Below, piece by piece: positions 1 to 13,100 of a stretch of DNA of 64,000 nucleotides; position 1 is the stretch's first letter; each line of letters starts with the position of its first letter. The stretch spans positions 3,720,001-3,784,000 of the forward strand of contig CM038999.1 in assembly GCA_017499595.2 (NCBI GenBank). The letters are read 5' to 3'. Under the pieces are notes generated by a model that searched no databases, was not told where the DNA came from, and saw only the letters and a program-made list of their open reading frames with translations. The translations under genes and the position numbers were made by a program. This DNA comes from Psilocybe cubensis (taxonomy: Eukaryota).

Positions 1-1
1 A

Positions 2-1708
2 CTCGCCGAAGCGCTCGAAATTCTGGCAAACAATCTTTGCACTCGATTCGACAGAAGAGGAGAGATAAACGATATTGAAGAATCTATACACCTTCTCCGA
101 CAAGCTGTTCCCCTTCGACCAATGGATCACGACAATCACCCCAGGTCCCTCATGTACCTGGCAAAATCTCTATTCTGGCGATATAGGAGAGAACTAAGTG
201 GACAATATGACCTCGATGAAGCCATACTTCTGATGAGAAAGGCAATAGAGTTACTACCAGTAACACATGTCGAATTTCCTGGCTTTCTATTCCTCCTCGT
301 CTTCTTGCTGACGGAACGATTTCGGGCACTCGGGGAGAAAGAGGATGCTAAAGCGTGCATGCCTCTCTATTGGAAAGCGCGAATCCATCCACAATCATGT
401 ATCCTCGATTCTTCATGGCCAGGGTTACTTGATAAGCTTTCAGGGTCCCTTTTAATTCGGTACAGCATGTCAGATGATGAAGAGATTCTTGATCAGTCAA
501 TTTCGGTTCGCAGGGAAGTTTTGAAACTGCTACCACCTATAGATCCTAGATTACCCCAGCAGATCCAAATACTTGCAGTGACACTAAATATCCGATACAA
601 AAAAAGAGGCCAAAGACGTTCTGCTGATCTCGACGAAATGATTTCGTGCTACAGACAACATGTAGAGTTCCAATCGATACCGCCGCAGGACTTGCGTAAA
701 TCTCGCGACGAACTTGCAACACTACTGGAAACTCGCTTCCAGGAAACGGATAATCAGTCGGATATTAACGAGTCCATATCAATTAGGCGGAAATTGCTTG
801 AGCTCACCCCTGCAGGTCATCCCGATCGCGAAAAGGTGCTAACTTCCCTCGCATGGGTGCTGTATCTGCGGTTCACTGACACAACAAATCCTAAACCCAA
901 CCGAAAAAAGCTGAACGAAGCAATTGCTTTGTGGAGGGAGTCTCTAAACACAACGTCACCAGTGGATCAATCCACCGCACTTGCTAACCTTGCCACGGGG
1001 CTAGATACCCGATTTGACCGAATAGGCGACAAAAAGGATTATGAAGAGGCAATGTCTCTCTACAGACGAGCCATGGCACTTCCTATTCCATTGAGTTCAC
1101 AATGGACCATGCTGCTCAAGAACTTTGCGTTTACCCTTGTTCGGTTCGATGATGACCGCTCCAAGGCGGACGTGGAACAGGCGATATGGCTTGCAAGAGA
1201 ATCCTTGCGGCTCTACGACGATATCGGCTCGTCATACGCTTTACCTGAGCACCTCAACCAACTAGGGTACGCCCTGTTAGTTCAAATCGAGGATTCTAAT
1301 GCGGAAGAAGGGGATTTGGAGGAGTGCATCTCTCTCCACAGGCGTGCTCTGAGCCTTCGAACTCCAGAAGATCCGTATTACATTGGCTCCCTCCGCAATC
1401 TCGCAGTATCGTTGCATTGGAGATTCAAGAAGTTTGGCCAGAAAGACAACTTGGAAGAGTCTATCTCTCTATTCAGGCAAGGCAAATTGCAGGACGATGA
1501 AAATATAGATATTTTGCGGAGACTTGCAGATGCTTTGGAGACCCGCTTCAACCTCAATAATCTAGCATATCAAAGCGACTTTCAGGAAATCGTATCCCTC
1601 AGGAAGGATGCTGACGAGCTTGAAGAAGAGAATACCGATGATGAAGATGACGAGGACGAGGATTCTGACGACGAGGAATCTGAGTCAGACGATGGCATGG
1701 ATATGTAA
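2..1708 (+). CDS. TPR-like repeat protein of the CHAT-associated type with no CHAT domain (paralog A); 5' end truncated by the window edge; acidic C-terminal tail
   Basis: The frame is open from nt 2 (LAEALEILANNLCTRF...). It has about 43-aa repeats of the type L.NLA..L..RF...G...DLDEAI.L.R.AL.L.P..HP and is collinear with ORFs 25991..27883 and 45559..47478. No introns in the visible part; ends in a D/E-rich tail. Confidence 0.85.
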   Translation, partial: LAEALEILANNLCTRFDRRGEINDIEESIHLLRQAVPLRPMDHDNHPRSLMYLAKSLFWRYRRELSGQYDLDEAILLMRKAIELLPVTHVEFPGFLFLLVFLLTERFRALGEKEDAKACMPLYWKARIHPQSCILDSSWPGLLDKLSGSLLIRYSMSDDEEILDQSISVRREVLKLLPPIDPRLPQQIQILAVTLNIRYKKRGQRRSADLDEMISCYRQHVEFQSIPPQDLRKSRDELATLLETRFQETDNQSDINESISIRRKLLELTPAGHPDREKVLTSLAWVLYLRFTDTTNPKPNRKKLNEAIALWRESLNTTSPVDQSTALANLATGLDTRFDRIGDKKDYEEAMSLYRRAMALPIPLSSQWTMLLKNFAFTLVRFDDDRSKADVEQAIWLARESLRLYDDIGSSYALPEHLNQLGYALLVQIEDSNAEEGDLEECISLHRRALSLRTPEDPYYIGSLRNLAVSLHWRFKKFGQKDNLEESISLFRQGKLQDDENIDILRRLADALETRFNLNNLAYQSDFQEIVSLRKDADELEEENTDDEDDEDEDSDDEESESDDGMDM

Positions 1709-2765
1709 TACCAAGCATGAAGGTTGGGAGGATGGATGGATGAGAGTGAATGTCGAGGTTCGAGCCATGTAATCCGTTTATGTGGAAATAAGGACAACGG
1801 TAATGGCAGCATTGTCGGGCGAGTGGCTGATACAGGAAGAGCAGCCGGGAATTGAAACAGAGATCCGAACGAGTTGATTTTGCACTAGTAACTGTATCTT
1901 CGGCGCATATATGCACTTTAATTGGAAAACCTTTTAGTCCAGTGGTTCAAACAAGCTTATTTAGACGGAGTTTGGGTCTCAGAGAGATGCTAGGCAAATG
2001 TTGGAGAGAGAGCCGCCTAGAAACGATATCCAATAACCCTGCATTTGAAGTTGGAGGCAAGAGTAGCAAGGTTCCTACACGATTCTCCACGGACATACAT
2101 GAGCTTGCAGTCCCTACGAAGCGGTTCAGACAGCCAAGCTGAGATATCGTTCTTCATTCACGTACACAAGAGGGGAGAATGTCAGTCAAACTGATGGATT
2201 GGCGAGACACGCCGATGGTCCAAAGCCGAGGAAAAGCCTGATCAACCGTCCCTTCGTTATCAGAATCGTCACTGGACAATAATAGCGACATTGGGTCCTG
2301 CGAGGAGAGTCAAAGAAGCGGTGTGGACAACATTAGCAGCCGGGGTGGTGGCTCTGGTTAGGAGCGACCCGACCGGCTCGCGCCTAGTTTGAGCGACACG
2401 GGAAACACCGACGGCCGAGCACCCCTCTCTTTTGCTTTCTGCCACCACACTCCACCCTGCGCCATCCTCTACGACCGCAGCGCTGCAATCCCCTGCGCCA
2501 GCGCTGCCTTACTTACATTGCACACTGCTGCCATCGACCGCAACAACACGCTCGTAGAAGATATCTCGTTCTAGATCCGGTGATTACATACGATAGTACG
2601 CAGCGAATCACGATTGGTCCCCCCCACACGCACTTATATTCACCATCATCGATATCTTCTTCTTGTTGTTACACCGCTAGCATTGAACTAATTGACAGAG
2701 AGCCGACTGTTGTGCCATCCCCGCTCGTTGCGCCCAGAGGATAAAGTGGGCCAAGAGCGTGATTG

Positions 2766-5700
2766 ATGTTGTGCGCGGGGACCGTACCTCCTGACCAATC
2801 TGTATCTACGCCCACACCCCTTGGTGGCACCTCTTTCCCCAACATTCCTGCTACATCTACGTCTAAAACACGCCCTCAAAGCCTCACGCGGATATCAGCG
2901 ACAACCCAGCATCAGAACCATAATCCTAATCATCCACATTGCAATCAACAACAGCAGAACCAGAACCAGAACCAAAATCAGATTCACAAAGGACGACACT
3001 TGCACGACCAGAAGGGTAAGGGAAAGCAGAAGAAAATCACAGAAGACGAGGAGCTTGAGCTAAAAGAACAATTTGAAGACGATTTGGACACAAAATCCTA
3101 TACAGACACCGAAGACATGAAGATGGGCTTGAGTGCACTCCCGTACGACCTGCTCTTGAACATTGCGACATACCTCGACCTGCGTGATGTGCATGCGTTG
3201 CAGCTTGTGAGTCTCTTTTCTTTACCTTCTTTCTTGTCCGCCACATCATCTCTACTGTGGAGCGTTCGGGGTCTATGCACTACAGTTGAATGCAGATGCA
3301 GTGTCTACACTGTTACATCCCCTCTCTATCACTCCTTCTACATTCCATATACCACAACCCCCATCCTCCAAAAATTTCACCCGAACTGACTGTCTCCACT
3401 CCCACAGACATGTCGCGCTCTGTATGACGCATCCACCACCCGGCCCGTCTACCGCAAGCTCGCAAACGACCTCCTCCGACGATGCCGCGCCCTCCCACTA
3501 AAAGGCTTCCAGCGCCTCGCGGATTTGAGCACTGATGCACTGATCGCCGCCGTCAACAAGGCGCACCGTTATGAGCGTGCGTGGCGAGTGCGCGCTCCAA
3601 GGCCGATTGGTAGCGGAGAGAGGGAAAGAGGAGAGCGCGAGGGTGTGTGGGAGCGCGAGCGGGAGAGGCGGAGGCGCGGAAGCGGTGAAGCGAAAGGTCG
3701 TGGTGTTGCGGAAGGGAGGAAAGGCGAGGCCGGGGCGATGGGACAGTGGGGCTGGGGGTACGACGCCCGCGGAGTGAACAAACATTCAAATTACATGGAT
3801 GTCGCCCCTGCGGGAAAGCTCGCGGCGCGGCTAAAACAAGAAACAGAGGACGCGCTTGCGTCGCCTTCTTCCTCTTCATCGGCACTATCAATACACAAAT
3901 CCAACGCAAAATCACATATTTCTTCTGCCCTTTCGTCACCCTCAAGCAGCAACACTCCGTACAAATGGTACAAAATTGTCTCGGCACCGCCAGGCGAGGA
4001 AGTGGATTGGCTGAGCCCCATTACTTCCTCGTATACGCTCTGCGCGACGAAGAGCGGCAAGGTGGTGTGCTGGGACGTGCAAGCCGATGTGTGTCTTGCA
4101 GAATGGAGTCCCGGAGCACGCTGGGAATTGTGGAAGTGCCGTGTAGAGTTTGAAGAGCGCACGGTGTTTTTCACGATGGCCAAGGTGCTTACTGGGTCGT
4201 GAGTCTTGCTTGCCTTCTGTCTCTCTTTTTTTTCTAATTTATTTTAACTCGCGTTGCGCCGGTGCCGGCTTGTCAGATACGACGACGACAGGGTCATGGA
4301 GTTTGTACTCATGCGCCTTACCTTCTCCGACCTGCCCTCGGGTGAATCCTCCCCGTCCCCACCTGTGTTCTCCCCCGTCACATCCTTCAAAACTACAGGC
4401 GTCGTGATGAACGTTTTCCTTCTCGACCCGTCCACGCGCCTGCTCTCCGCATTCATCTGGGTCTCGTCCTCCAACACCATTGGGCTCTACACTCTTCCGG
4501 ACTGGAGCCGCCACCGCGAGTATGTATTTGTGGATACAGGCATCGAGTGCGTGATGTCGTCGAATTGGAGCTGTATCCTGTATAAGGAGAATATCGTTGT
4601 GCATTGTGAGGAGGCGGATGTGGCGTATCAGCATTTTTATCCGTTGGAGATGTTGAGGAGTTATATGAGTGTGCTTCCGGAGGAAGAGGAGGCTGGGGGG
4701 AGTGGGAATGGGCGGAGGGGGAGGGGCCCGACGCCGGTTATTTCACGGAGGGTGCCACCTGCGAGGACGTTGAAGAAGAGATTTGTGTTTCCAGTTATTG
4801 AGGATAGCGAAGAGGAGGAAGATGAAGAGGAAGAAGATATGGAAGTAGAGGAGGGATACGAGGACGAGGACATGCATAACGAGTTTGCGTATGCCGCTGC
4901 TGCCAGTGGTAATGGGAACGCTGTGGCCGGCCCGTCGAATTTAGGTTTGCTCAATGGGCAGCATCTTCAACCGACGACAACAACCTCCTCGCCTTCGTCT
5001 TCTTCATCTTCGTCTTCTTCATCAGCATTGTCATCGAGAATATCATCGTCGACGTCGTCTCCAGCGACCTCGCTTGTCCCAGTGCCGTCCTCATCATCCG
5101 CACCCTCAACCTCAACACCCCCTTTGACCTCAATATCACCTTCTGTATTAACATCCATACCACCCACACTCGCCCCTCCGCCTCCTGCCGTGCACCCCCC
5201 GAATCCGAATCCCTACCCCTTCCCGCCGTGGTACCCCGAGTCCGCCCATTTCGTGCGCCAGTGGTGGCCGTCCCTCCCGCACATCCCGCGCGTGAGCTGT
5301 ACGGTCGTCCTCCTCGCTGCGCACGACCAGCGCACACATAGAACGAGGTTTGTGCTGGCTCAGCATTACTTCAGGGTGCCGATGGATTGGCGCGGGTGGG
5401 AGGAAGGAGGGCTGGATGCCGGATGGGATGGGAATGGTGGAGGTGGGGGTCGGGGAGGAAATGGGAACAAAGGCGACGGTGGCATGGCGGAGCGGCTGGT
5501 GCGGGAGAGCACGGCGCGCCATGGAGCGCGGAAAGACAATGGCGCCACCACCACGGGTCAGACGGGTACCTCTGGGACACAGCAGGTGGCGCGCACTCAA
5601 GAGGACGCGCGGGACGACGCGCTGATGCACCTGTGGTATGTAAGCACGCCGTTCGAGGTTGTGCGCGTGTATGATAGTGCCGCTGGTGGTGGTGGTAATC

Positions 5701-6527
5701 ATAACCAATCGGATCATGCAAATGAGAACGTGCATGGCGGAGGTGGCGGGCAAGCGAATTCGGTGGCGAGTGGTAGCGCGGATGGCGACCACGAGGACGA
5801 CCTGGATCACGAGCACGATCATGAACACGAACACGACCCGGATCCGGATCCGGACGATGGTGGGCTCGCAGAGCGACCTCGCCCGCTTGTGGCGGTCGAT
5901 TTTGGGCATGCGGTGTGGATTGAGTATGTGGACTCGGATGTCGACGTTGATGCTGAGGGCGAGGACGATGAGGCCGAAGGCGAGGGGGGCGAAGATGGCG
6001 GCGATACAGATGGCGACGAGTATCTCCCAGACGCCAATGGTCACACACAGGTCAATGGACACTCGCACGCGCGGACAAACGGCGTGGCGCACTCAGGTTC
6101 GGGAGAAAGCTCGTCTAGCTCCAGTTCTTCGTCCTTGTCTTCGAGTTCGAGTTCGAGCTCTAGCTCTAGCTCTAGCTCTAGCGACCAGCAGCACACGGGC
6201 ACTGGTGCGGCGAGGGCACCGACGACAGCAACAGGCGCGGACACGGACCCCAAATGGTTACGCTTCGTCACTTTCCCGCCATTCAACGAGGAGCTCGGTG
6301 TTGATCTGTCGTCGTCGTCGTCGTATTACCGGCGCGAGGACCGGAAAGGTAAAGGGAGAGGTAAAGGTAAAGGTCGGGGGCGGCACGCGGCGGGCGAGGT
6401 GCGCACGCTCGAGACGCCGCCGGAGCTCGATCTTGGCCAGGTGGAAACGATCAATATTGATCAAAGTCAGGGGGCGGTGATTCTCTCAGATAAGGCGGGG
6501 AGGATATTTATTTTGTGTTACGAGTAG
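2766..6527 (+). CDS. F-box protein with low-complexity insertions (3 coding exons: 2766-3206, 3408-4198, 4277-6527)
   Basis: The F-box motif LSALPYDLLLNIATYLDLRDVHALQL|TCRALY is restored by GT-AG intron 3207-3407. A second intron, 4199-4276, joins TGS|YDDDRVMEF. Beta-strand-like blocks (YTLCATKSGKVVCWDV, INIDQSQGAVILSDKAGRIFILCY) suggest a propeller (inference). Confidence 0.8.
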
Positions 6528-7297
6528 ACTTGTTTCTGGTTTCCTTGGGATTTGCTTTGTGGTTGGATGGGATAAGACACAAAGGGGTGGTTTATGAACA
6601 TGGACAAGAGGAGGTTTAGATTTTCTCTTTCTTTTTCTTTTTCTTCTCTCTTTCTCTTCTTTTCTTTTGGTCTGCTCTACTACATCTATGCATTCGCCGC
6701 ATCTGAATTTCTGCCATTCCATTATCACGAACATAACTCGCATTGACTGGCTGGCATATACATATGGTCCACTTTTGTTTCTTTCCAATGATTACTGTAT
6801 TTTTTCTATCTCATTCCTTTGTAATTGCCCCCTTTTCTATATCATCATCATCATTATCATCAAACCTCCATATCTTCTTTAGCACTTTTCTTGTTCTGGC
6901 ATGCATTATTCTCTTTTCTCAAATTTGATCAATGGGTGAATAGGTGTTCTAGGCTGGGTATGGTTGTCTTTTGTTTTGAAGCATACATGCATTCTGCCTC
7001 ACCCTCTATATCTGAAATTCCCCATTGTGGTTTTAGCAAACCAAAGAGATCAAGAAACATAAGGCTGGCTAACATGAGAGATACTACCATATATGGTAGC
7101 TGGACTGCCTGATTTAGGTAGGTTAAAAATACGGGAGCAATGGCGTATTAGGGGTTTGTCGTTGGAGGTTCTCGTTGGAGGTTCTGGTAATTCTCACTGT
7201 CACTAAATCACAAAAGAGTTTATACCAGTGCGAATGAAACGTAAAAGTACATTTTATATACGAGAACCTAAAAAAAGACTTTGCTGTCGCGTTAATT

Positions 7298-9680
7298 TCA
7301 TGCACGCCCTCCTTCATCCGGCGCTGGAGCACGCCTCTTCCTCCCTTTGCTACTGGGAGGAGGAGGCTCCAAGGCCTCGCGCAGAGTGGCTTCAAGACAG
7401 ACTTTTGGTGGAAGCACCATTTCATACCAGTCACCACCCCTGGACCGATGACCCTGCGCTGGACCAGGAGTAGGAAGCAATTTCTTGAGCCCAATGCCCG
7501 TCGTACACGCTACCAGCTGCATCGTCTTCCCACCCTGCCCCTGCCCCGGCGGCGGCGGACTCTTCCGTTCGTCCCCATACGCATCGTCCATCCATGTTTG
7601 GAAAGGACTGCCTGGTTGCACTTCGGATGCTTCGAGATCCGCCGAGGTGTATTTTTCGTATATGGCGCCGCGCAGGTCCTCCAGTGCGTTGAAGATGGGG
7701 GCGAGTTTTGCCACGAAGGCCTGTTGGGCCTCAAGAGGAGCGTTCCATCCTGAAAATACCAATAAATTTTGGAGTGAGTCGGTCAGTTCTCTCTTCCAGG
7801 TATCAGTCAATGGCCGGATCTGGGCACGCAGAAGCGCGCGCCAACGTCCGGATACGGCCTGCTCCTCTATAAAATGATTAGAAACTGCTTTGTAAAAGAA
7901 GAATATAATAAAAAAATGGCTATTCACCATTCTGTCTGATTTGGTTGTACACTGTTCTGAGGAATTCATCGATGTTAGGGTCGGAGGAGTACCACGCCGT
8001 GAGTTTCATGAAGCAGAACTCGGACACGAAGCATGAGAGCGCGACCTGCGCGATGAGCGGGTGTACCTCCCGCACTGAGGCCTGCGCCTGTGTATGCAGA
8101 ACGCCTGCGAGAAACTCCCCAATCGTCCTCACCACACCCTGATACGCACCCTCCGCCACCGCCACGGTAAACTCAGGTTGCCCAGCACCAACAACCACAA
8201 GCCCCTCCGCAAGCCCCGCGGCCGCCTGGAAGATCTCCTCGTTCAGCACATTCACCTTCTCCACGACATCCGAGATGGACAGCGCGTCCGCCTTGGTAAG
8301 GAACACCTGCGCGCCAACAAGCTCGCGCCCGCGCACCTCCGAGAGCGCCTGTGCCTCGCTCAGCGCGTGCTGCACGTTCGTGAGCTCGTGCTGCAGCGCA
8401 CGCGCGTTGTCCTGCAGCCGGTTGCGCTCGTTCTCGAGGTCGGAGCACGTGCGCCGCGCAATGCGTAGGTCGCGGTCGAGCCGCTTGCATTCGTTGTACC
8501 ACTTCTCTGCCTCGCTTTGCAAGCGCTGGACCTCATCGCGCTGCTTGTCCCGTGGGGCCGGCGGCGCGCCCGACCAACCGGAGACAGCACCCAGCATGCT
8601 GCGGATGAGCCCTTTGTCGGGGCTGTTAGGGCTGATCGGCTGTGCATCTCCTTGTTGAGGAGGCTGCTGGGCCACTCGCAGTTGTTGAGGAAAAGCAGGC
8701 GGTAGTGGAGCGCCATGTGCAGGCTCTCCGTGGTGTTGTCCGGGATTATTTGAGAGTAAAGGGTCCCGGTCATCCACTAGTGCCTGTGCATGTCCTTGCC
8801 CTCGTTCTCGTGGATCGGCGCGTGAGGGTGCTATGGGCGGATGGCTAACAGCCAGTCGCTTCTCCTCATTCTTTTCCTGAGCGCGCGCCTCCGCTGCAGC
8901 TGAGGCTGAGGACACAGGCCTGGGAGATGTAGAATTAGACGTCGACGTCGACTGCTTCGGCAGAGGCAGCGGCTTCGAATCCGTCTGTGGGGCACTAACA
9001 GCGCCGGCATAGCTCATTGTCCGTGAGCCTGTGCTGGTACCAGGCGGAGCAGAGTTTCGGTTATCCTTCTTGCTTTGGCTGTCCGTAGGAGGCGGGCGGG
9101 GAGGCGCATCCCTGTCGCTCCTGTTCACAGTGGTAACAGTATTATCACCAGCAGACAAGTACTCAAAGCTGCTCCCAGACGACACCGAGACCGGACGCTC
9201 GCGAACCTTGTAAGAATGCTCACCCCTCGACTCTCTGTCCTTATTGTGTGCGCGATCGCGATCGCGATCATGGCCACGTTCACGTTCACGTTCACGGTCG
9301 CGGTCACGATCAGAGGTATAATATACATCCCCGCGCGATCGCCTCGAAGCGCCAACCTCGAGGTCGTCAAGGATCTCCTTCTCTCTCACTCTGTTCGCCG
9401 AGTCCCTCGTTTGCTGTTCTCGCCGTTCCTCGTCTGTGGGTCTGGGGCCATGTGAGCGGGATCGCGGGTGACTGCGAGTATCCGAACCAGTGGTGGTGGT
9501 GGTAGTTCTAGTCGTACGGCCTGAGGGCTGAGCGCGTGATGCCGATTCTCTGTCTCTGTCTCTGGCTCTGTCCCTGTCACCGTCACCTGCGGCGGGGCCG
9601 TGCGAACGTGAGTCGCTCCCGCCGTACGTCGACGTTGGATACGTATTGTTTGGTGCTGCGTCGGTTGTCGGCATCTGCAT
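7298..9680 (-). CDS. Hypothetical protein with disordered RD/S-rich N-terminus and central coiled coil (exons 9680-7928, 7866-7298)
   Basis: ORFs 7920..9686 and 7298..7969 are joined in frame by the 61-nt GT-AG intron 7927-7867 (QIRQN|EEQAVSGRWRAL). Heptad segment EVQRLQSEAEKW...LQHELTNVQHAL. Confidence 0.8.
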
Positions 9681-10171
9681 TACCAAGGGATGGTGCTGGG
9701 TGGGCTCAAGAGACAGTCAAGAGAGGGTAGCGTGCCTTTGACTCTTATATTAGGCGCCCAATCGTTCACCTGTCACCGCAACCTGTCATTGCTTATCGTG
9801 ACCATCATTGGAATCAAAAGACCGTTCAAAAAGCGTCCGTTACAGCAGAAAAGAAACAAATAACACTGAAAAAAGGAGAACATAAAAGAAACAACTAAAA
9901 AGAAAGGTAATAATGATTACTGCGATTGAATCGTCCAAGGAGGTGAGGTGAAAAAATATGATATAATATGCGAGTTGATGTGGGGCAGGGGGTGGCAGGG
10001 CAAGTTGATGTTGCTACTAGCTAACTAAATCTTATAGGTATACATGCATAACGAGGAATAATGGTTATCAGTAAGCACTAGATGCGAAAATAATCCTCGG
10101 TATGGGGGAGTTACTAATTAGGTAGGGTTGGGGTATATTGGCATATGTTTCCGTGGTCGAGCTGCGAATTG

Positions 10172-13100
10172 CTATTGCGGAGTTGTAGGCTCGACGAGGT
10201 CATGGCGGTCATGAGTGGGTTCATGCTCGTGTTCATGGCGCTGTTGGTCATGTTCATAGCTTGGTTCTTCTGGAATTTCGTCTTCATCTTCTTCAAGAAT
10301 TGGCGAGTCCAGGTCGTTTTCGTCATCTTCAGAATGATTTTCTCCCTCAACTTCTTGATCCACTTCATCGAAGATTATATGGAACTATAATGACGGGTAA
10401 GAACTCCATACCGAAAATATAATGTGAAGTGCAGCTTACGTGGGTAATGAGAGCTTTGACTAACTTGTGTGAGAGACCCATGTTGTTCAGGATCATCACA
10501 AAGTCGTTCTGAGGTGCCCTGAGCAAGTTAGGGCTGAACACAATGGCCAGAGCCTCAGCAGTCATATGATTGTGTTCCTCATAATCGGTAACCCTACGAG
10601 AAAAAAGGTATGAGATCACGACGACAATTTCGCTCGCTGTGTGCTTACTTGTCAAGGTGTTCTGAGACTCTTCGCAAGATATCAAAATTGGGCTGAGGAA
10701 GAGCTTGGACGACTTGACGAATGCGCTGCAAGCGGTCCTCTAGGTTTTCTTGCCCTAAAACACATTTATAAGATTTAGTTGTAATAAACAAAGAGTGATA
10801 ATGGACGCACTCATCGCCTCCATCACTTCGAAATAAGACGATGCTGGAAAGACGGGCTCAGGAAGCACTCGGAACCACGACTTGACCAGATCACAAATCG
10901 CATGGACGTCGGTCGTTTCACGAATCGGGAATTCGCCTTTGTTGTATGCCTCTTTGAGCGCATTGATTTCGGTCGTGGCACCAGCAATACGGTCTGTATC
11001 AAGAAATGAGTCAGAATGTTCCGTCGCTGCACAAGAAGGTAAATTTGCGTACATATTCCGACTTCCATCAAACCACGGGCCTCCACAGCCGACAAGCATT
11101 GTTCGATGATAACTGGCACAGTGCCAGGTGGTATATGATCTGAACCTGCTTCTCGACGAAGGAGGAATTCAAGTTCAACCCCAAACACTACAAAACCAAT
11201 AATCAGTTAGCTATAACTAAGCTTAAAAGGAGCCATCACATACCAGCTTTGGGGTCGCGAGACGCCACTATCGGATGTGAATGTATGTGGTCGGCGATCT
11301 GAGGTTTCGGCGAATTGCCAATATATGTCAGGCGACGCTTGGCCGCGTTTTTAGTGACTCGCGAAATGGTCTCGAGCCATTTAGTCATATCGCGCTTGCT
11401 CGTTGCCTGCAAGAGGTAGTGACCTCCATCCTCTGTGTCGAGTTGGAATGTGTACGACCGCTCATTGTTGATAAACTGTGCAACCTGGGCGTCCAAAATG
11501 CTCAGCACAAGCGTCGGCTTTCCCGTCGTAGCGAAGTCCAGCTTCGAAGGCGTGCGTCTCAGACCCAGATGTTGAGGGCTGTTATCCGACGAGACGAACG
11601 CACTGGAAATAGGCCGCATGAAGTTCAAGAACGCAGACATACTCTTCTTGTTCCTGTGCTGTTTTTGCTGGTGCTGGCCCTGTCCCTGGTGGTGCGGGTT
11701 TGATATAGGTTTATTGCTCCCGCCGCGTGGCCCTCGCATCATCGCTCTGTTCAGGAGATCGTCGCGCCGCTCGATCCTGGATTGCTCTTGGATCTTCTCC
11801 TTTTGCAGCCGGCCCCGCAGAGTTTTGTCCCTTCTGTTCTTCTCTACCTGCGCCGTCACCAGCCTATAGAATGGCCGAATCGCCTTTTTCATGGATGGAG
11901 GGACGCCATTAACCCCAGGCGCCGTTGCTTCCTTGTATGCCTCCTCCTTTATTCCCCGGTAGTCAAACTGCAGTGCAAGGACCTCCTTCTCGATGTTGTT
12001 AAGGCGCTCGAAGCCTCGTCTATGAGATTCTTCCGAATCTGCGTTCTTACGCTCGGAGGGAAGGGACCCGGCTTTTCTGATGAGATTGCAGAGGTGCCTG
12101 TACAGAGTTTACTAGATTAGCCGAAGGTTCACAAAATGAAAATAGTTGTGTATCATGCGTACCTGCGTTTATCAAAATTGACAAGGTTTTGACCCTCTTG
12201 CGATGAAGCCTCTATGACATCTGACGTTGAAATTATTTCAAGCATCCGCTCTAGTAGCCATCCCATATCTACAGTTAATGATTCCACAGAGGATGTAGAT
12301 TGAACGTAAGGTCGATGCAAGAGAGACGCGACCGAGTCGCACGCGCTTCCACGATTCGCGCCTACACCTTGCCACGCCCGCGAATGCAACCGACTCTCCA
12401 CACTGAGAATGGCTGATGTTGTTACCGCCTCTACAAAAGACCGAACACAAGGCTGATCCATCAGCTGCGCTGTGGAAGGTGTTTCTGTATTGCGCAAACG
12501 GGAGACTTCGATAGCCTGCACTAATAGTTCCATGCGAGCCTGCCTTGCACGAAGACCGATTCTCGGCGCAATTAGCTTGGATATGAGCCATTTGCGAATG
12601 ATGCCATAGGCTCTGATGCAACTTCGAACACCTGGTGGTAGAAGTCGATAAAGGGCATCCTGACTTAGCTCCGAGATCAGAGAAGACGGTTCGACTTCTT
12701 GGATTTGGGAGTAGATAGTCTGGATCTCAACTGTCTCCTCTAATGAAGGCACGTCGCGTGGGGAAAACCAACCAGTCCTATCCGAAGTTTGTACCTCGAG
12801 TAGATCCGCTGTAATATAAAGATCCTAACAATGTTCAAAAAGGGTCAATATATAGCCCATAGATCTGCAAGCTACCACGATGCACGAACCTCCTGTGTCA
12901 CATTACTGAAAGCCGCACAAGCCATTCCATCTAAATTATCAACAAATGCTTCAGGGTCCATCCTATCGAGATCTGGAGGTTCGCGAGTACTAATATTTCG
13001 AGTCCGAGCACCCCGCCCCTGAGAACGTTGTTGATGATGGCCACGCGAAATAGTCGGTCGCATAGTCTGCGAAATGAAAGTGGCCTTGACAGTGTCTTTT

